Below the pieces are notes generated by a model. It searched no databases, was not told the DNA's origin, and saw nothing but the letters and a program-made list of their open reading frames with translations. A DNA stretch of 64,000 nucleotides from the NCBI GenBank assembly GCA_039193795.1, contig JBCCWI010000005.1, positions 3,657-67,656 on the forward strand, in the 5' to 3' direction. Of this stretch, positions 37,480 through 47,310 are shown piece by piece; within the stretch, counting starts at the first letter, position 1; each line of letters starts with the position of its first letter. The DNA is from Actinomycetota bacterium (GTDB taxonomy: Bacteria; Actinomycetota; Acidimicrobiia; Acidimicrobiales; Aldehydirespiratoraceae). A program made the translations under genes and the position numbers.

Positions 37480-38395
37480 GGTCGCTCCCGGCGTGGGTCT
37501 TGCCGTCGGGCGTCACCATCGGACAGCGCGGGTCGAGGGGCATGCCCTCCCACTCGTCGCGGATCCAGTGGTGCGCGGGGTCGTCGCAGAAGGCCATCGA
37601 CCGGACGCCACCCGGACCGGCGAGGACGTTGAGGTAGTACATGTCGTAGCCCGGCGCCGCGATGCACGGACCGTGATACCCGCGCGGGATCAAGAAGACG
37701 TCGCCGTCGTGCACCGTCACGTTCTCGTCGATCACCCGATCGTCGGTGTAGGTGCGATGCATCCCGAACCCCTCGGCGGTGTAGTCGGCCGTGCCCGCCC
37801 GTCCGATGCGGAAGTAGTAGATCTCCTCGTTGTTGACCTCGCACTCGGGGCTGTCGTCGTGTTTGTGCGGGGGATACGAGGACCAGTTGCCGTCGGGCGT
37901 GTACACCTCGACACACATGATCTTGTCGGCGTGGCTCCACTTCTCGGGCGAGCCGAAGTTCGAGATCTGGCGGGTCGCCTGCCCTCCCCCGCGCACCTCG
38001 ATCCCGATGCCGTCGGTGGGCCCGTACTTCGGTGGAAGCGCAGCGTCGCAGTGGGAGCTCGTGATCGCCACCTCGCCGCCCGCACCGCTGATCGTGAACG
38101 ACGAGTCGCGGCCGACATAGAGGAAGTCGCTGACGCGAGCGAAGACGGACTCGCGACCGTCGAGCGTGAACGTCTCGGGACCGCTGGCGGCCTCGACGGC
38201 GACCGTGACCCCAGTCGCCGACAGGGGGAGGATCATCACCTCCCGGTCGCCGGTGTGGAGTGTGCGGGGAGACGCGACGCCGAGGTCGATCACGTCGAGT
38301 CCGGTGTAGGTCCAGCCGGCCTGCTCGGACGTGAGCGAGACCGGATCGGTGGCTGTCGCGAGCGACCCGTGGGGGCGGTGCAGGCCGGTGCTCAT
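37472..38395 (-). CDS. iolB: 5-deoxy-glucuronate isomerase (IolB paralog 2)
   Basis: GNWSSYPPHKHD, EEIYYF, GYHGP and YYLNVLAGP. Confidence 0.92.
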   Translation of the reverse strand: MSTGLHRPHGSLATATDPVSLTSEQAGWTYTGLDVIDLGVASPRTLHTGDREVMILPLSATGVTVAVEAASGPETFTLDGRESVFARVSDFLYVGRDSSFTISGAGGEVAITSSHCDAALPPKYGPTDGIGIEVRGGGQATRQISNFGSPEKWSHADKIMCVEVYTPDGNWSSYPPHKHDDSPECEVNNEEIYYFRIGRAGTADYTAEGFGMHRTYTDDRVIDENVTVHDGDVFLIPRGYHGPCIAAPGYDMYYLNVLAGPGGVRSMAFCDDPAHHWIRDEWEGMPLDPRCPMVTPDGKTHAGSDHA

Positions 38396-39345
38396 CGGGG
38401 ATCACGCTCCTGGAGGAAGGCGTCGACCTCGGCGCCGGTCGGCATGTCGTCGGCACACATCATGCGGCCGGCGACGATCGCGCCGGCGGCGTTCCCGTAG
38501 CGGACGGTGTCGGGCAGCGACCAGCCTTCGAGCAGGCCATGGCAGAAGGCGCCGCCGAACGCATCGCCGGAGCCGAGACCGCAGACGACCTCGACCGGGT
38601 AGGGGGCGAGACGTTCCCGGATCTGGCTGGTCGCGACCATGACGCCGTCGCCGCCGAGCTTCACGATCGCCGCGTCGAGGCCGCGCTCGAGCATGCGGTC
38701 GGCCGCCTCGTCGGGATCGTCGGTGCCGACGGCGACCTCGCACTCCTTGCGGTTGCCGATCGCGATCGTCACATGATCGAGCATCGGGGAGATCGCCCGG
38801 TGTGCCTGCTCCTCGCTCTCCCAGAACATCGGCCGCCAGTCGAGATCGAGCACGGTGTGGCGCTGACGCCCACGTCGCGCCAACAGTTCCGTGACCGTCT
38901 CGCGGCTGCGGTCGAACGCGAAGCGGCTGGCCGGTGTCCAGAAGATGCGCGCCTCGTCGACGGCGGCGAGCAGCTCCGGCGTGGTCTCGATCTCCATGTC
39001 GGGGGCGGCCGGCTCCCGGTAGAAGATGATCGTCGGGTCCTCGGGCGGGTCGAGCTCGGCGAACGCGAGCGGCGTCTTCAGCGTCGGGTGGGTCGCGACG
39101 AAGCGCGGGTCGACGTCGAAGGTGTGTTCGAGGGCGTGCGCGACGTAGCGACCGAACTGGTCATCGCCGACGCGCGTCGCCAGGGCCACGTCGTGCCCGT
39201 AGCGCGCGGTGGCGACGGCGACATTGGTCGCCGTGCCACCGATGGACTTCCGGAAGGTCGTGACGTCGGACATCGTCACGCCGGGTTGTTCGGCGTAGAG
39301 GTCGACGCTCACCCTTCCGATCGAGAGAAGATCGAGCGACGACAT
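38392..39345 (-). CDS. iolC: 5-dehydro-2-deoxygluconokinase
   Basis: IGRVSVDLY, GGTATNVA, LDLDWRP and GLGSGDAFGG. Confidence 0.92.
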   Translation of the reverse strand: MSSLDLLSIGRVSVDLYAEQPGVTMSDVTTFRKSIGGTATNVAVATARYGHDVALATRVGDDQFGRYVAHALEHTFDVDPRFVATHPTLKTPLAFAELDPPEDPTIIFYREPAAPDMEIETTPELLAAVDEARIFWTPASRFAFDRSRETVTELLARRGRQRHTVLDLDWRPMFWESEEQAHRAISPMLDHVTIAIGNRKECEVAVGTDDPDEAADRMLERGLDAAIVKLGGDGVMVATSQIRERLAPYPVEVVCGLGSGDAFGGAFCHGLLEGWSLPDTVRYGNAAGAIVAGRMMCADDMPTGAEVDAFLQERDPR

Positions 39346-39475
39346 CGACGATCAGCCTCCTCGACCCTGCGGGTCGTTGACGGGCATGGCGGGATACGGC
39401 TCGCGTCGGCGAGTGCCCCGGGTGGTCTCCTGGACCGTGCGACGAACCGGCGGGATGCGATGCATCGGTCGAGCC

Positions 39476-40264
39476 CTACGCGCCCTGCGCCTGCTCGATC
39501 TCGTGCTGGAGCGCTTCGAGTTCGGCGCCGCCGGCCATCAGCGAGGTCAGCTCGGTCTGGGTGATCTCGTCCTTGGCGAAGTTGCCCATCGATTGCCCAC
39601 GGTTGAGGATCAGGAAGCGATCCCCGACCGGGTAGGCGTGGTTCGGGTTGTGGGTGATGAAGATCACCCCGAGGCCGCGCTTGGCGGCCTCGACGATGTA
39701 GCGCAACACGACGCCCGACTGCTTCACGCCGAGAGCGGAGGTCGGCTCGTCGAGGATCAGCACCTTGGCGCCGAAGTACACCGCCCGGGCGATGGCGACC
39801 GACTGGCGCTCGCCACCGGAGAGGGTCCCGACCGGCTGCTCGGTGTCGCGGATGTCGATGCCCATCTTGGCCATCTCCTCCTTGGCGATCCGCTTGGCCT
39901 TGGCGGTGTCGATCCATTCGAGGGGCCACACGCCCTTCGTGGGTTCGGAGCCGAGGAAGAAGTTCCGCCACACCGACATGAGCGGGACCATGGCGAGGTC
40001 CTGGTACACGGCGGCGATGCCGGCATCGAGCGCGTCGCGAGGGTTCTTGAAGTCGACCTCTTGCCCCTCGAGCTTGAACGAGCCCTCGCTGTGCTCGTGC
40101 ACCCCGGCGAGGATCTTGATGAAGGTCGACTTGCCGGCGCCGTTGTCGCCGAGCACACAGGTGACCTGGCCGGCGCGTACCTCGGTCGTGACCCCCTGCA
40201 GGGCGATGATGTTGCCGTAGAACTTCGAGATGTTCTCGAGTTCGAGCAGTGGCGTGTCTGACAT
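39476..40264 (-). CDS. Sugar ABC transporter ATP-binding protein
   Basis: [16 protein letters not shown] and ILDEPT. Confidence 0.94.
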   Translation of the reverse strand: MSDTPLLELENISKFYGNIIALQGVTTEVRAGQVTCVLGDNGAGKSTFIKILAGVHEHSEGSFKLEGQEVDFKNPRDALDAGIAAVYQDLAMVPLMSVWRNFFLGSEPTKGVWPLEWIDTAKAKRIAKEEMAKMGIDIRDTEQPVGTLSGGERQSVAIARAVYFGAKVLILDEPTSALGVKQSGVVLRYIVEAAKRGLGVIFITHNPNHAYPVGDRFLILNRGQSMGNFAKDEITQTELTSLMAGGAELEALQHEIEQAQGA

Positions 40265-40273
40265 CTCTGCCTC

Positions 40274-42805
40274 CTAGGAACGGGCCGATTCGGCCTTGGT
40301 GCGGATGTAGTTGTTGGCGACCACCGACAGCAGCAGGATCGCCCCGAGGAACACGAATCTCCAGTCCGAGTTCCACCGGGCGGACGGGATGCCCTGGATC
40401 GCCATCGCCATGATCACCGCGCCGATGCCGGCGCCCATCGTGGAGCCGTAGCCACCGGTGAGGGCCGTACCGCCCACCACCGCGGCGATGATGTAGAGGA
40501 ACTCCTGACCGTCGCCGGTGCTGGCCTGGATCGTGTTGAGCCGGAACGCCAGCAGCATGCCGACCAGCCAGGCGGCGGCGGAGACCACCATGAACAGCTG
40601 GGTCTTGGTGCGAGCGGCGGGCACACCGACCTGCCGGGCCGCGTCCTTGTTGCCGCCGACCGCGAAGGTCCAGCTGCCGAACCGGGTGCGGGCGAGCACC
40701 CACGAGACGATGGCGGTGAAGCCGACGAACCAGAGGATGCGGACACTGAACTTCGTGGTGTTCAGCCCCGCGTCGAGCTCGGCCTGAGTGACCCACAGGA
40801 GTCGTGCGATCACACCGACGAGGATGAAGGCGACGCTCACCAACATGATGTTGCGGGCGAGACGATCGGCACTGACGTCGGGGAAGCGGCGAGCCTCGAA
40901 ACGAGCGTTCGCCAGACCCCAGATCGCGATGACCGCGGCGATGATCAGCATGACAGCGAAGGCCTGCGCACGGAACTTCGCCGACGTCGACTCGGCCCGC
41001 ACGAAGAAGGCCATCAGCGTGATCGACAGCGAGGTGACCAACAACAGGAGCGTGGCGAGTCCGGCGTTGACGCGGCGGGCGTTGGTGGCGGCGGAGACGA
41101 TGCCGACCGCCGCCATGCTCGCGAGCACCATGAACAGGATCGCCCGGGCGCCCTGCTCGGTCGCCAGGTTGATGAAGCCGATCGTCGCCAGCGAGGCGAC
41201 GATGATGGCCGAGACGACCTTGGTGCGGGTCTCGCCGAGGAACAGATCGAGCGGCTCGAATCCGCTCGTCAGGTCGGCCCGAACCGACAGTGCGGCGGCG
41301 ACGAGCGCGGCGAGCAGGGCGAGCACGAGCGCCCACCGGCCACTGAGCCAGTCGAACGCGACCGTGAGGTCCTCGGCGTTGCCCGAGTCGAGCCAGCGGG
41401 CGACGATGATCGCACCGAGCAATCCGGCGAACCCCAGGATGAGCGAGGCGGTGTAGCCGCCACCCGCGCCTGCGGGAGCGGTGATCCGCAGCGAACGCAG
41501 GACCGCGAGGGTGACGACGGCCAGGAGCGCCGCGAGGAGGAAGTAGTGATCGTCGCTCGCGTAGTCGGCGAACGGGAAGTCACGGAAGAACCGGAAGATC
41601 GGGGTGACGACGAAGTACCAGTCGTCGCCGAGGTAGGCGTCGAGGTCGCCGAAACGGAGCATGCGGATGATCGTGACGACGACCACACCGCCGATCGCCG
41701 CGAGCGAGAGCGTTCGCCCGTCGACCATCACGTGTGTGTCGTCGAGCTCGGCCGGACGGGGTGCGTAGCGCCACAGGCACCAGCCGGAGGTGGCGACCAA
41801 CATGCCGAGACCGATGATGATCGCAGCGGTCAGGTTGTCGGTCGTGCCGTCGGTGTCGTGGAGACGCCACACGCCGGCGACGCCGATCGCGACACCGCCG
41901 AGGAAGGTGCCGAGGCCGGCGGGGTTGAGGGTGTCGCGGCGCCGGAAGTGGAACTCGTAGACGGCGAGGATCACCAGGCAGAGGCCGGCGATGATGCCGA
42001 TCGAGTAGACCCAGTCGCGGCTCTCCCAGATGTGATCGTTGCGGGTCCACTCGCCGGCGAAGATGTCGCGGAGCAGCCCGTAGCCCTTGTCGCTGGTGTT
42101 GCCGCCGGTCTCGACGATGTTGGTGGAGAAGCTGCCGCCGAGCTCGAGCGTGTCGGCGAGGTCGCCGCTGGCCCGCAGCTCCTCGACCGCATCGGCACCG
42201 ATCTGGTCTTCGAGGTCGGCGAGTGCGGCCTGGTACTCCTTGGTCTCGTCGGCGTAGATCTGCAGGTCGTCGAGCTTGCCGACTTCGATCTGGTCGACGA
42301 TCAGCTTCGCGAAGCCGGGCTTGGCGCCGCGGAGGACGAAGAACGATCCCAGTGTCACGATGAAACTGGGGAGCGATGTTCGGTTGACGAGGAAGCCGTT
42401 CCACCAACCGAGGGCGAGGGCGGCGGCGAGCGAGATCGGCAACGCCACCCACAGGCTGTAGCCGGCGCCGGCCAACAGGCCGTTGACGTCGCGCACGAGC
42501 AAGACGGTGAGGATCGCCAGCGCGCCGGTGGCGGCGCCGGACGAGAGATCGAATTCGCCGCCGATCATCAGCAGCGCGACGGCGACGGCCATGATGCCGA
42601 GCGGTGAGGCGGCCTGGTCGAGGATTCGCTGGGCGCCGCTGGCGTTGCCGAACGAGACCGAGACGGCCCAGAAGAAGACCCAGATGAACACGGCGCCGAG
42701 CGCGGCGCCGATCTCGGGTCGGATGAACGCCCGCTGGAATACCCCCCGGTACGCCAGTCGCTCGTCTGGTTTCGAGGCGGTGGCCTCGGTTGCGGTGTCA
42801 CTCAT
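40274..42805 (-). CDS. Sugar ABC transporter permease with a very large membrane insertion
   Basis: MIGGEFDLS and LPSFIVTLG at the N-terminus; AVGGNKDAARQVG and IAAVVGGTALTGG at the C-terminus; 843 aa in total. Confidence 0.88.
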   Translation of the reverse strand: MSDTATEATASKPDERLAYRGVFQRAFIRPEIGAALGAVFIWVFFWAVSVSFGNASGAQRILDQAASPLGIMAVAVALLMIGGEFDLSSGAATGALAILTVLLVRDVNGLLAGAGYSLWVALPISLAAALALGWWNGFLVNRTSLPSFIVTLGSFFVLRGAKPGFAKLIVDQIEVGKLDDLQIYADETKEYQAALADLEDQIGADAVEELRASGDLADTLELGGSFSTNIVETGGNTSDKGYGLLRDIFAGEWTRNDHIWESRDWVYSIGIIAGLCLVILAVYEFHFRRRDTLNPAGLGTFLGGVAIGVAGVWRLHDTDGTTDNLTAAIIIGLGMLVATSGWCLWRYAPRPAELDDTHVMVDGRTLSLAAIGGVVVVTIIRMLRFGDLDAYLGDDWYFVVTPIFRFFRDFPFADYASDDHYFLLAALLAVVTLAVLRSLRITAPAGAGGGYTASLILGFAGLLGAIIVARWLDSGNAEDLTVAFDWLSGRWALVLALLAALVAAALSVRADLTSGFEPLDLFLGETRTKVVSAIIVASLATIGFINLATEQGARAILFMVLASMAAVGIVSAATNARRVNAGLATLLLLVTSLSITLMAFFVRAESTSAKFRAQAFAVMLIIAAVIAIWGLANARFEARRFPDVSADRLARNIMLVSVAFILVGVIARLLWVTQAELDAGLNTTKFSVRILWFVGFTAIVSWVLARTRFGSWTFAVGGNKDAARQVGVPAARTKTQLFMVVSAAAWLVGMLLAFRLNTIQASTGDGQEFLYIIAAVVGGTALTGGYGSTMGAGIGAVIMAMAIQGIPSARWNSDWRFVFLGAILLLSVVANNYIRTKAESARS

Positions 42806-42843
42806 CGGTGACAGCTCCCCCCACTGTTGATTCCCGATACGGG

Positions 42844-43013
42844 ACGATGTCGGTCTCGGGACCCGATCCCCCGATGGGTCCCGAACGATGTCGGTTGCGC
42901 TTCGGGTGAAGCGCCTGACCGGGCGACCCCGGGACGGACGTCGCGTCCGTCCCGGGATCGACCCTGATCAGATGGTTGTCGGGTCAGCGTCGCCGACCCG
43001 ACGGATGCTGACC
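42844..43013 (-). repeat. Array of four stem-loops between the SBP and permease genes
   Basis: Stems at 42856-42884, 42897-42914, 42928-42956 (13-bp perfect) and 42982-43013; ACGATGTCGGT direct repeat at 42844 and 42885. Confidence 0.65.
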
Positions 43014-43017
43014 TGGA

Positions 43018-44109
43018 TCAGCGGGTGCCCTGAGCGGACAGTTCCTTGACCGCACCGGCGTTCTCCGGCGTGACGAAGCCCGGACCGGTGAGCACCGGGA
43101 GACCGCCGCCAGCCTGGTTGCTGTTGGTGGCCTCGAGGTACATCAGGACGATCGGCAGGTAGCCCTGGAGGTACTGCTGCTGATCGACGGTGAAGGCGAC
43201 GTCGCCGGCCTCGATGGCGTCGAGGAGCTGCGGCGTGAGGTCGAAGCCACCGATGGTGAGTTCGACGCCGAGGTCCTGGCTGGCCTGCAGGGCCGACATG
43301 GTGATCACCGGACCGACGCCGAGGACGCCGTCGATCTCGGGGTTGGCCTCGAGCACAGCGGCGATGCCGTTGATCTGCTCGGTCTGGTCAGCGTCGAGAC
43401 CGACGAACTGGGTGATGACCTCGCCGTTGAAGGTCTCTTCGAGACCCTCGCAGCGCTCGGTCAGACCGACGTTCGACTGCTCCTGCTGGGCGCAGAGCAC
43501 CGTGGTGGCACCGAGGTCGTTGAAGCGCAGACCAGCACCCTGGCCGGCGACGTCTTCGGACTGACCGATGTGGGTCGTGGCGCCGATGGTCTGGTAGTCG
43601 TTCAGGCCCGAGTTGAGCGTGTAGACCGGGATGCCCTCAGCGACCGCGCCCTGGAGCGGGCCGATGAGCTGATCGGGCGAGGGCAGCGAGGCGGCGATGC
43701 CGTCGGAACCCTCGGCGATGGCAGCCTCGATGTCGGACACCATCTGGCCCGGATCGTTGTTGCCCGGCATCCAGACACAGGTGACACCGACGTCGGCGCA
43801 CGCGGCCTCCATGCCACGGTTGACGACCGACCAGAACGGACCGTCGTCGGAGTGCGTGATCATGTGGAAGGTGAGGTCACCGCCCTGGGTCTGATCGACC
43901 GCCTCTTCACCGTCGTCGCTGTCGTCGGCATCGTCGCTGTCGTCAGCGGTCTCGCTGGCGCTGGCCGAATCGCTCGAGCTCGCGCTCTCGCTCTCGCTGC
44001 TGCTGTCCGAGTCGCTGGCACCCTCGTCGCCGTCGTCGTCGCTGCCGCAGGCGGCGGTGACGAGAACGATCGCGAGGAGCACTGCCAGCCAACGGAAGTG
44101 CTTCTTCAT
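43018..44109 (-). CDS. Sugar (inositol) ABC transporter substrate-binding lipoprotein
   Basis: Lipobox VTAAC, acidic linker, FWSVV and VDQQQYLQGYLP. Confidence 0.92.
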   Translation of the reverse strand: MKKHFRWLAVLLAIVLVTAACGSDDDGDEGASDSDSSSESESASSSDSASASETADDSDDADDSDDGEEAVDQTQGGDLTFHMITHSDDGPFWSVVNRGMEAACADVGVTCVWMPGNNDPGQMVSDIEAAIAEGSDGIAASLPSPDQLIGPLQGAVAEGIPVYTLNSGLNDYQTIGATTHIGQSEDVAGQGAGLRFNDLGATTVLCAQQEQSNVGLTERCEGLEETFNGEVITQFVGLDADQTEQINGIAAVLEANPEIDGVLGVGPVITMSALQASQDLGVELTIGGFDLTPQLLDAIEAGDVAFTVDQQQYLQGYLPIVLMYLEATNSNQAGGGLPVLTGPGFVTPENAGAVKELSAQGTR

Positions 44110-44158
44110 TTGTCCCCCTCCTCAGGGTTTGGGTTTGGGCCGCGCCCAAGGCGCGAGT

Positions 44159-45073
44159 TCACGAGGCCTCCAGAGCGCTCGTGAACTGCGCATTGATAGC
44201 ACGGAGGTATTCGATGCTCCGAAGAACGTCGAGCTTGGGGCCTTCGCCGGGTGCCGGTTCGGCGCCGGTGATGGCCGCGTCCTGTTCGAGCACGTACCAG
44301 CCGTCGTAGCCGGTGCGCTCCAGTTCGGTGACGACCTCGGCGACGGGGACGTCGCCGTCGCCCATGGGGCAGAACATGCCGTTCTGCACGCCTTCCATGA
44401 TCGACCGCTCGCCGGCGAAGACCGGCGCGGCCCGGTCGAGGTGGACGTCCTTGAGGTGGACGTGCACGATGCGGTCGCGGGCGTCGGCGAGGAACTCGAC
44501 GGGGTCGTAGCCGCCGATCATCAGGTGCCCCATGTCGAAGGTCCAGCCGACCTCGCTGCGGTCGAGGACGTTCTTCACGTCCTCGGGCCGTTCGATCATG
44601 GTGCCGAGGTGGGGGTGGATCGCCTGACGCATGCCGTGGGCGGCGACGACCTCCTCGACCTGCGCCAGCATCGACGCCGCGTGATCCCAGGCCTCGGCGT
44701 CGATCTCGATGCGCGGGGCCCAGTCGAAGGTCGTGACCATCGAGGTGATGAACAGCGAGCCACCGGCGCCGCCCATGAGTGCAGCGGCCCGTTCGGCTGC
44801 GGCCAACGACGCGTCGCGCTGGTCGGGGTCGTGGAGCACGAGCGGGACGAATCCGCCGATCATCTCCAGATCGTGTTCGGCGCAGACCGCCCGGAGTGCC
44901 TCGGGCTCGGTGGGCAGGTAGCCGTCGGAGCCGAGCTCGGTGGCGGTGAGCCCGAGCTCTCGCATCTCACCCAGGACTCGCTCGACCGGGAGCTCGAGCC
45001 CCCAACCGGGCACCTCGCACACACCCCAGCTGATCGGCGCGCCTGCGACACGATCGAAGAAACTCAACGTCAC
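44159..45073 (-). CDS. iolE: Myo-inosose-2 dehydratase-like TIM-barrel protein
   Basis: APISWGVCE, HPHLGT, DMGH, HVHLKD, GDGDV and VLEQD, in iol context. Confidence 0.8.
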   Translation of the reverse strand: MTLSFFDRVAGAPISWGVCEVPGWGLELPVERVLGEMRELGLTATELGSDGYLPTEPEALRAVCAEHDLEMIGGFVPLVLHDPDQRDASLAAAERAAALMGGAGGSLFITSMVTTFDWAPRIEIDAEAWDHAASMLAQVEEVVAAHGMRQAIHPHLGTMIERPEDVKNVLDRSEVGWTFDMGHLMIGGYDPVEFLADARDRIVHVHLKDVHLDRAAPVFAGERSIMEGVQNGMFCPMGDGDVPVAEVVTELERTGYDGWYVLEQDAAITGAEPAPGEGPKLDVLRSIEYLRAINAQFTSALEAS

Positions 45074-45109
45074 CCCCCGGTGATCCCAACCTGGCCGAAC
45101 GCCATTGCG

Positions 45110-45123
45110 TTAGAGCGCTCCAA
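45110..45123. promoter_or_regulatory. LacI-family operator TTAGAGCGCTCCAA
   Basis: Near-perfect palindrome with a central CG in the divergent iolE/LacI gap, downstream of a minus-strand TTGACA (45147-45152). Confidence 0.75.
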
Positions 45124-45208
45124 TCGTTACGGTCCAGAATCGGGGTTGTCAAGCGGAATGACGCTTTGCAACGCTTCGTGAGGCCACGGCGTTCGGGGGA
45201 GGAGACCG

Positions 45209-46210
45209 GTGAGCAGACCGACGATGGAGACCGTCGCCGAGCGCGCCGGCGTCTCTCGGGCCCTCGTCAGCCTGGTGATGAACAACTCGCCGAAGGTCTC
45301 CGACGCCAAGCGCGAGGCCGTGCTGAAGGCCGCCGAGGAGCTCGGGTACCGACCCAACCTCCACGCCCGCAACCTGGCCCAGCAACGCACCAAAACCATC
45401 GGGATGATCATCAACGACATCCACAACCCGTTCTTCGCCGAGGTCGTCAACGGGGTCGAGGCCGCCGCCGAGGAGCAAGGGCTCGACGTCTTGATCCTCA
45501 ACGGCGGGCGCGAGGCCGATCGCGAGCGGCGAGCGGTCGAGACCCACCTCCAGTTCCAGGTCGAGGCGCTGGTGCTGGTCGGTCCGAAACTCGAGGACGA
45601 CGACATCTTGCGCGCCTCCTACGTCGTGCCGACCGTGGTCGTCGCCGCCGGCCGCGACCACCCCGGCGTCGACACCATCACCACCGACGACGAGGTCGGT
45701 GCGCAGCTCGCGGTCGAACACCTCGTCGCCCTCGGCCACACCGACATCGTCCACATCGACGGCGCGACCAACATCTCGGCACGACCGCGCGCGCGCGGCT
45801 ACGAGAAGGCGATGCGGTCGGCGGGGCTCGAGACCCGCATCCTGCGCGGCGGCGACGACGAGGCCGACGGTGAGGAGCCCGTGGTCGAGATGATCGAGAC
45901 CGCCCGCATCCCGACCGCGATCTTCGCCTTCAACGACCTGGTGGCCGCCGGCGCGCTCAGCACCCTCGACAGCGCAGGGCTCCGTGTGCCCGACGACGTC
46001 TCGGTCGTCGGCTACGACAACACGTTCATCGCCGCCCTCAGCCACATGTCCCTCACCGCGGTCAACCAGCCCCGCCAGACGATGGGCCGCCTGGCCGTCC
46101 GCACGATCCTCGAGCGCATCGAGGACGGCCGCACCGAGCCCGCCCGCATCGAACTCGCGCCGACCCTCGCGGTGCGGGGCAGCACCACCCAGCCGAGGAG
46201 GCGCCGATGA
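45209..46210 (+). CDS. LacI family transcriptional regulator
   Basis: TMETVAERAGVSRALVS, LGYRPN, NPFF and VPDDVSVVGYD. Confidence 0.95.
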   Translation: MSRPTMETVAERAGVSRALVSLVMNNSPKVSDAKREAVLKAAEELGYRPNLHARNLAQQRTKTIGMIINDIHNPFFAEVVNGVEAAAEEQGLDVLILNGGREADRERRAVETHLQFQVEALVLVGPKLEDDDILRASYVVPTVVVAAGRDHPGVDTITTDDEVGAQLAVEHLVALGHTDIVHIDGATNISARPRARGYEKAMRSAGLETRILRGGDDEADGEEPVVEMIETARIPTAIFAFNDLVAAGALSTLDSAGLRVPDDVSVVGYDNTFIAALSHMSLTAVNQPRQTMGRLAVRTILERIEDGRTEPARIELAPTLAVRGSTTQPRRRR

Positions 46211-47310
46211 ACACGACCGGCTCCACCCGCATCGGCGTGATCGGCACCTCGTGGTGGGCCGACTCGATGTATCTGCCGGCACTGCGAGGGCTCGACGGGG
46301 TCGACGTCGTCGCGGTGCTCGGCCGCAATCCCGACCGAGCGGCGGCGTTCGCCACCACCTGGGAGATCCCCGGCGTCTTCACCGACGCCGACGGGTTCTT
46401 CGACCAACCGCTCGACGCGGTGATCATCGCGTCGGCCAACGACTCTCATCACCCGCTCGCGATGCGTGCGCTCGACGTCGGGCTCGACGTCTTGTGCGAG
46501 AAGCCGCTGGGCCTCGACGTCGACCAGGCCGAGGAGATGACGACGGCGGCCCGAGCCGCCGGCGCGGTGACCCTCGTGCCGTTCACCTATCGCTACATGC
46601 CCGTCAACCGGTACGTGAAGCGGCTCCTCGACGAGGGGTACATCGGCGAGGCGTTCCACCTCGGTCTTCGGTACTTCACCGGCTTCGCCCGCGACGGCGA
46701 GTACGCCTGGCGCTTCGACCGATCGGAGGCGGGCAGCGGCGTGATCGGCGACATCGGCAGCCACTTCCTGTATCTGGCCCGCTGGTTCTTCGGCGAGGTC
46801 ACGTCGATCGGCTGCCTGGCCCGCTCGTTCGTGCCCCGCGACGAACGGCCGGACGGGCGGCCGTATGAGCGCGGCGAGGACTCCGCCCTGATGACGCTCG
46901 AGTTCGCGTCGGGCGCCTACGCGACGGTCCAGGCCAGCGCCGTGTGCCACGAACCCACCCCGTTCGGACAGGTGCACGAGCTCGACCTCCACGGCAGCGA
47001 CGGCACCCTCCACGCCCACTGCGACTGGGACACGGTCCAGGAGGTGCGGGGTGTTCGTGCGGACGCGACCGGGCCGGCGACACCCCTGCCGATCCCCGAC
47101 GACATCTGGAACGGAGCACGGCGCGACACCGTGCACAACACCTACCGCGACGTCTTCCGCGGCACCGGCGCGATGATCGGCGACTTCGTCGACGCCGTCC
47201 GCACCCGCCGTCCCTGCGATCCGGACTTCGCCGACGGCCTTCGGATCCAACAGCTCTGTGACGCCGCCGTCGCCAGCGCCGCGGCCGACGGCGCCCGCCT
47301 GACCGTGTGA
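46207..47310 (+). CDS. Gfo/Idh/MocA oxidoreductase
   Basis: LCEKPLG, GVIGDIGSH and PDFADG. Confidence 0.88.
   Translation: MNTTGSTRIGVIGTSWWADSMYLPALRGLDGVDVVAVLGRNPDRAAAFATTWEIPGVFTDADGFFDQPLDAVIIASANDSHHPLAMRALDVGLDVLCEKPLGLDVDQAEEMTTAARAAGAVTLVPFTYRYMPVNRYVKRLLDEGYIGEAFHLGLRYFTGFARDGEYAWRFDRSEAGSGVIGDIGSHFLYLARWFFGEVTSIGCLARSFVPRDERPDGRPYERGEDSALMTLEFASGAYATVQASAVCHEPTPFGQVHELDLHGSDGTLHAHCDWDTVQEVRGVRADATGPATPLPIPDDIWNGARRDTVHNTYRDVFRGTGAMIGDFVDAVRTRRPCDPDFADGLRIQQLCDAAVASAAADGARLTV

Noticed and set aside
43900-44045. Low-complexity Asp/Ser-rich tract
   Set aside because: Ordinary flexible linker after a lipoprotein anchor.
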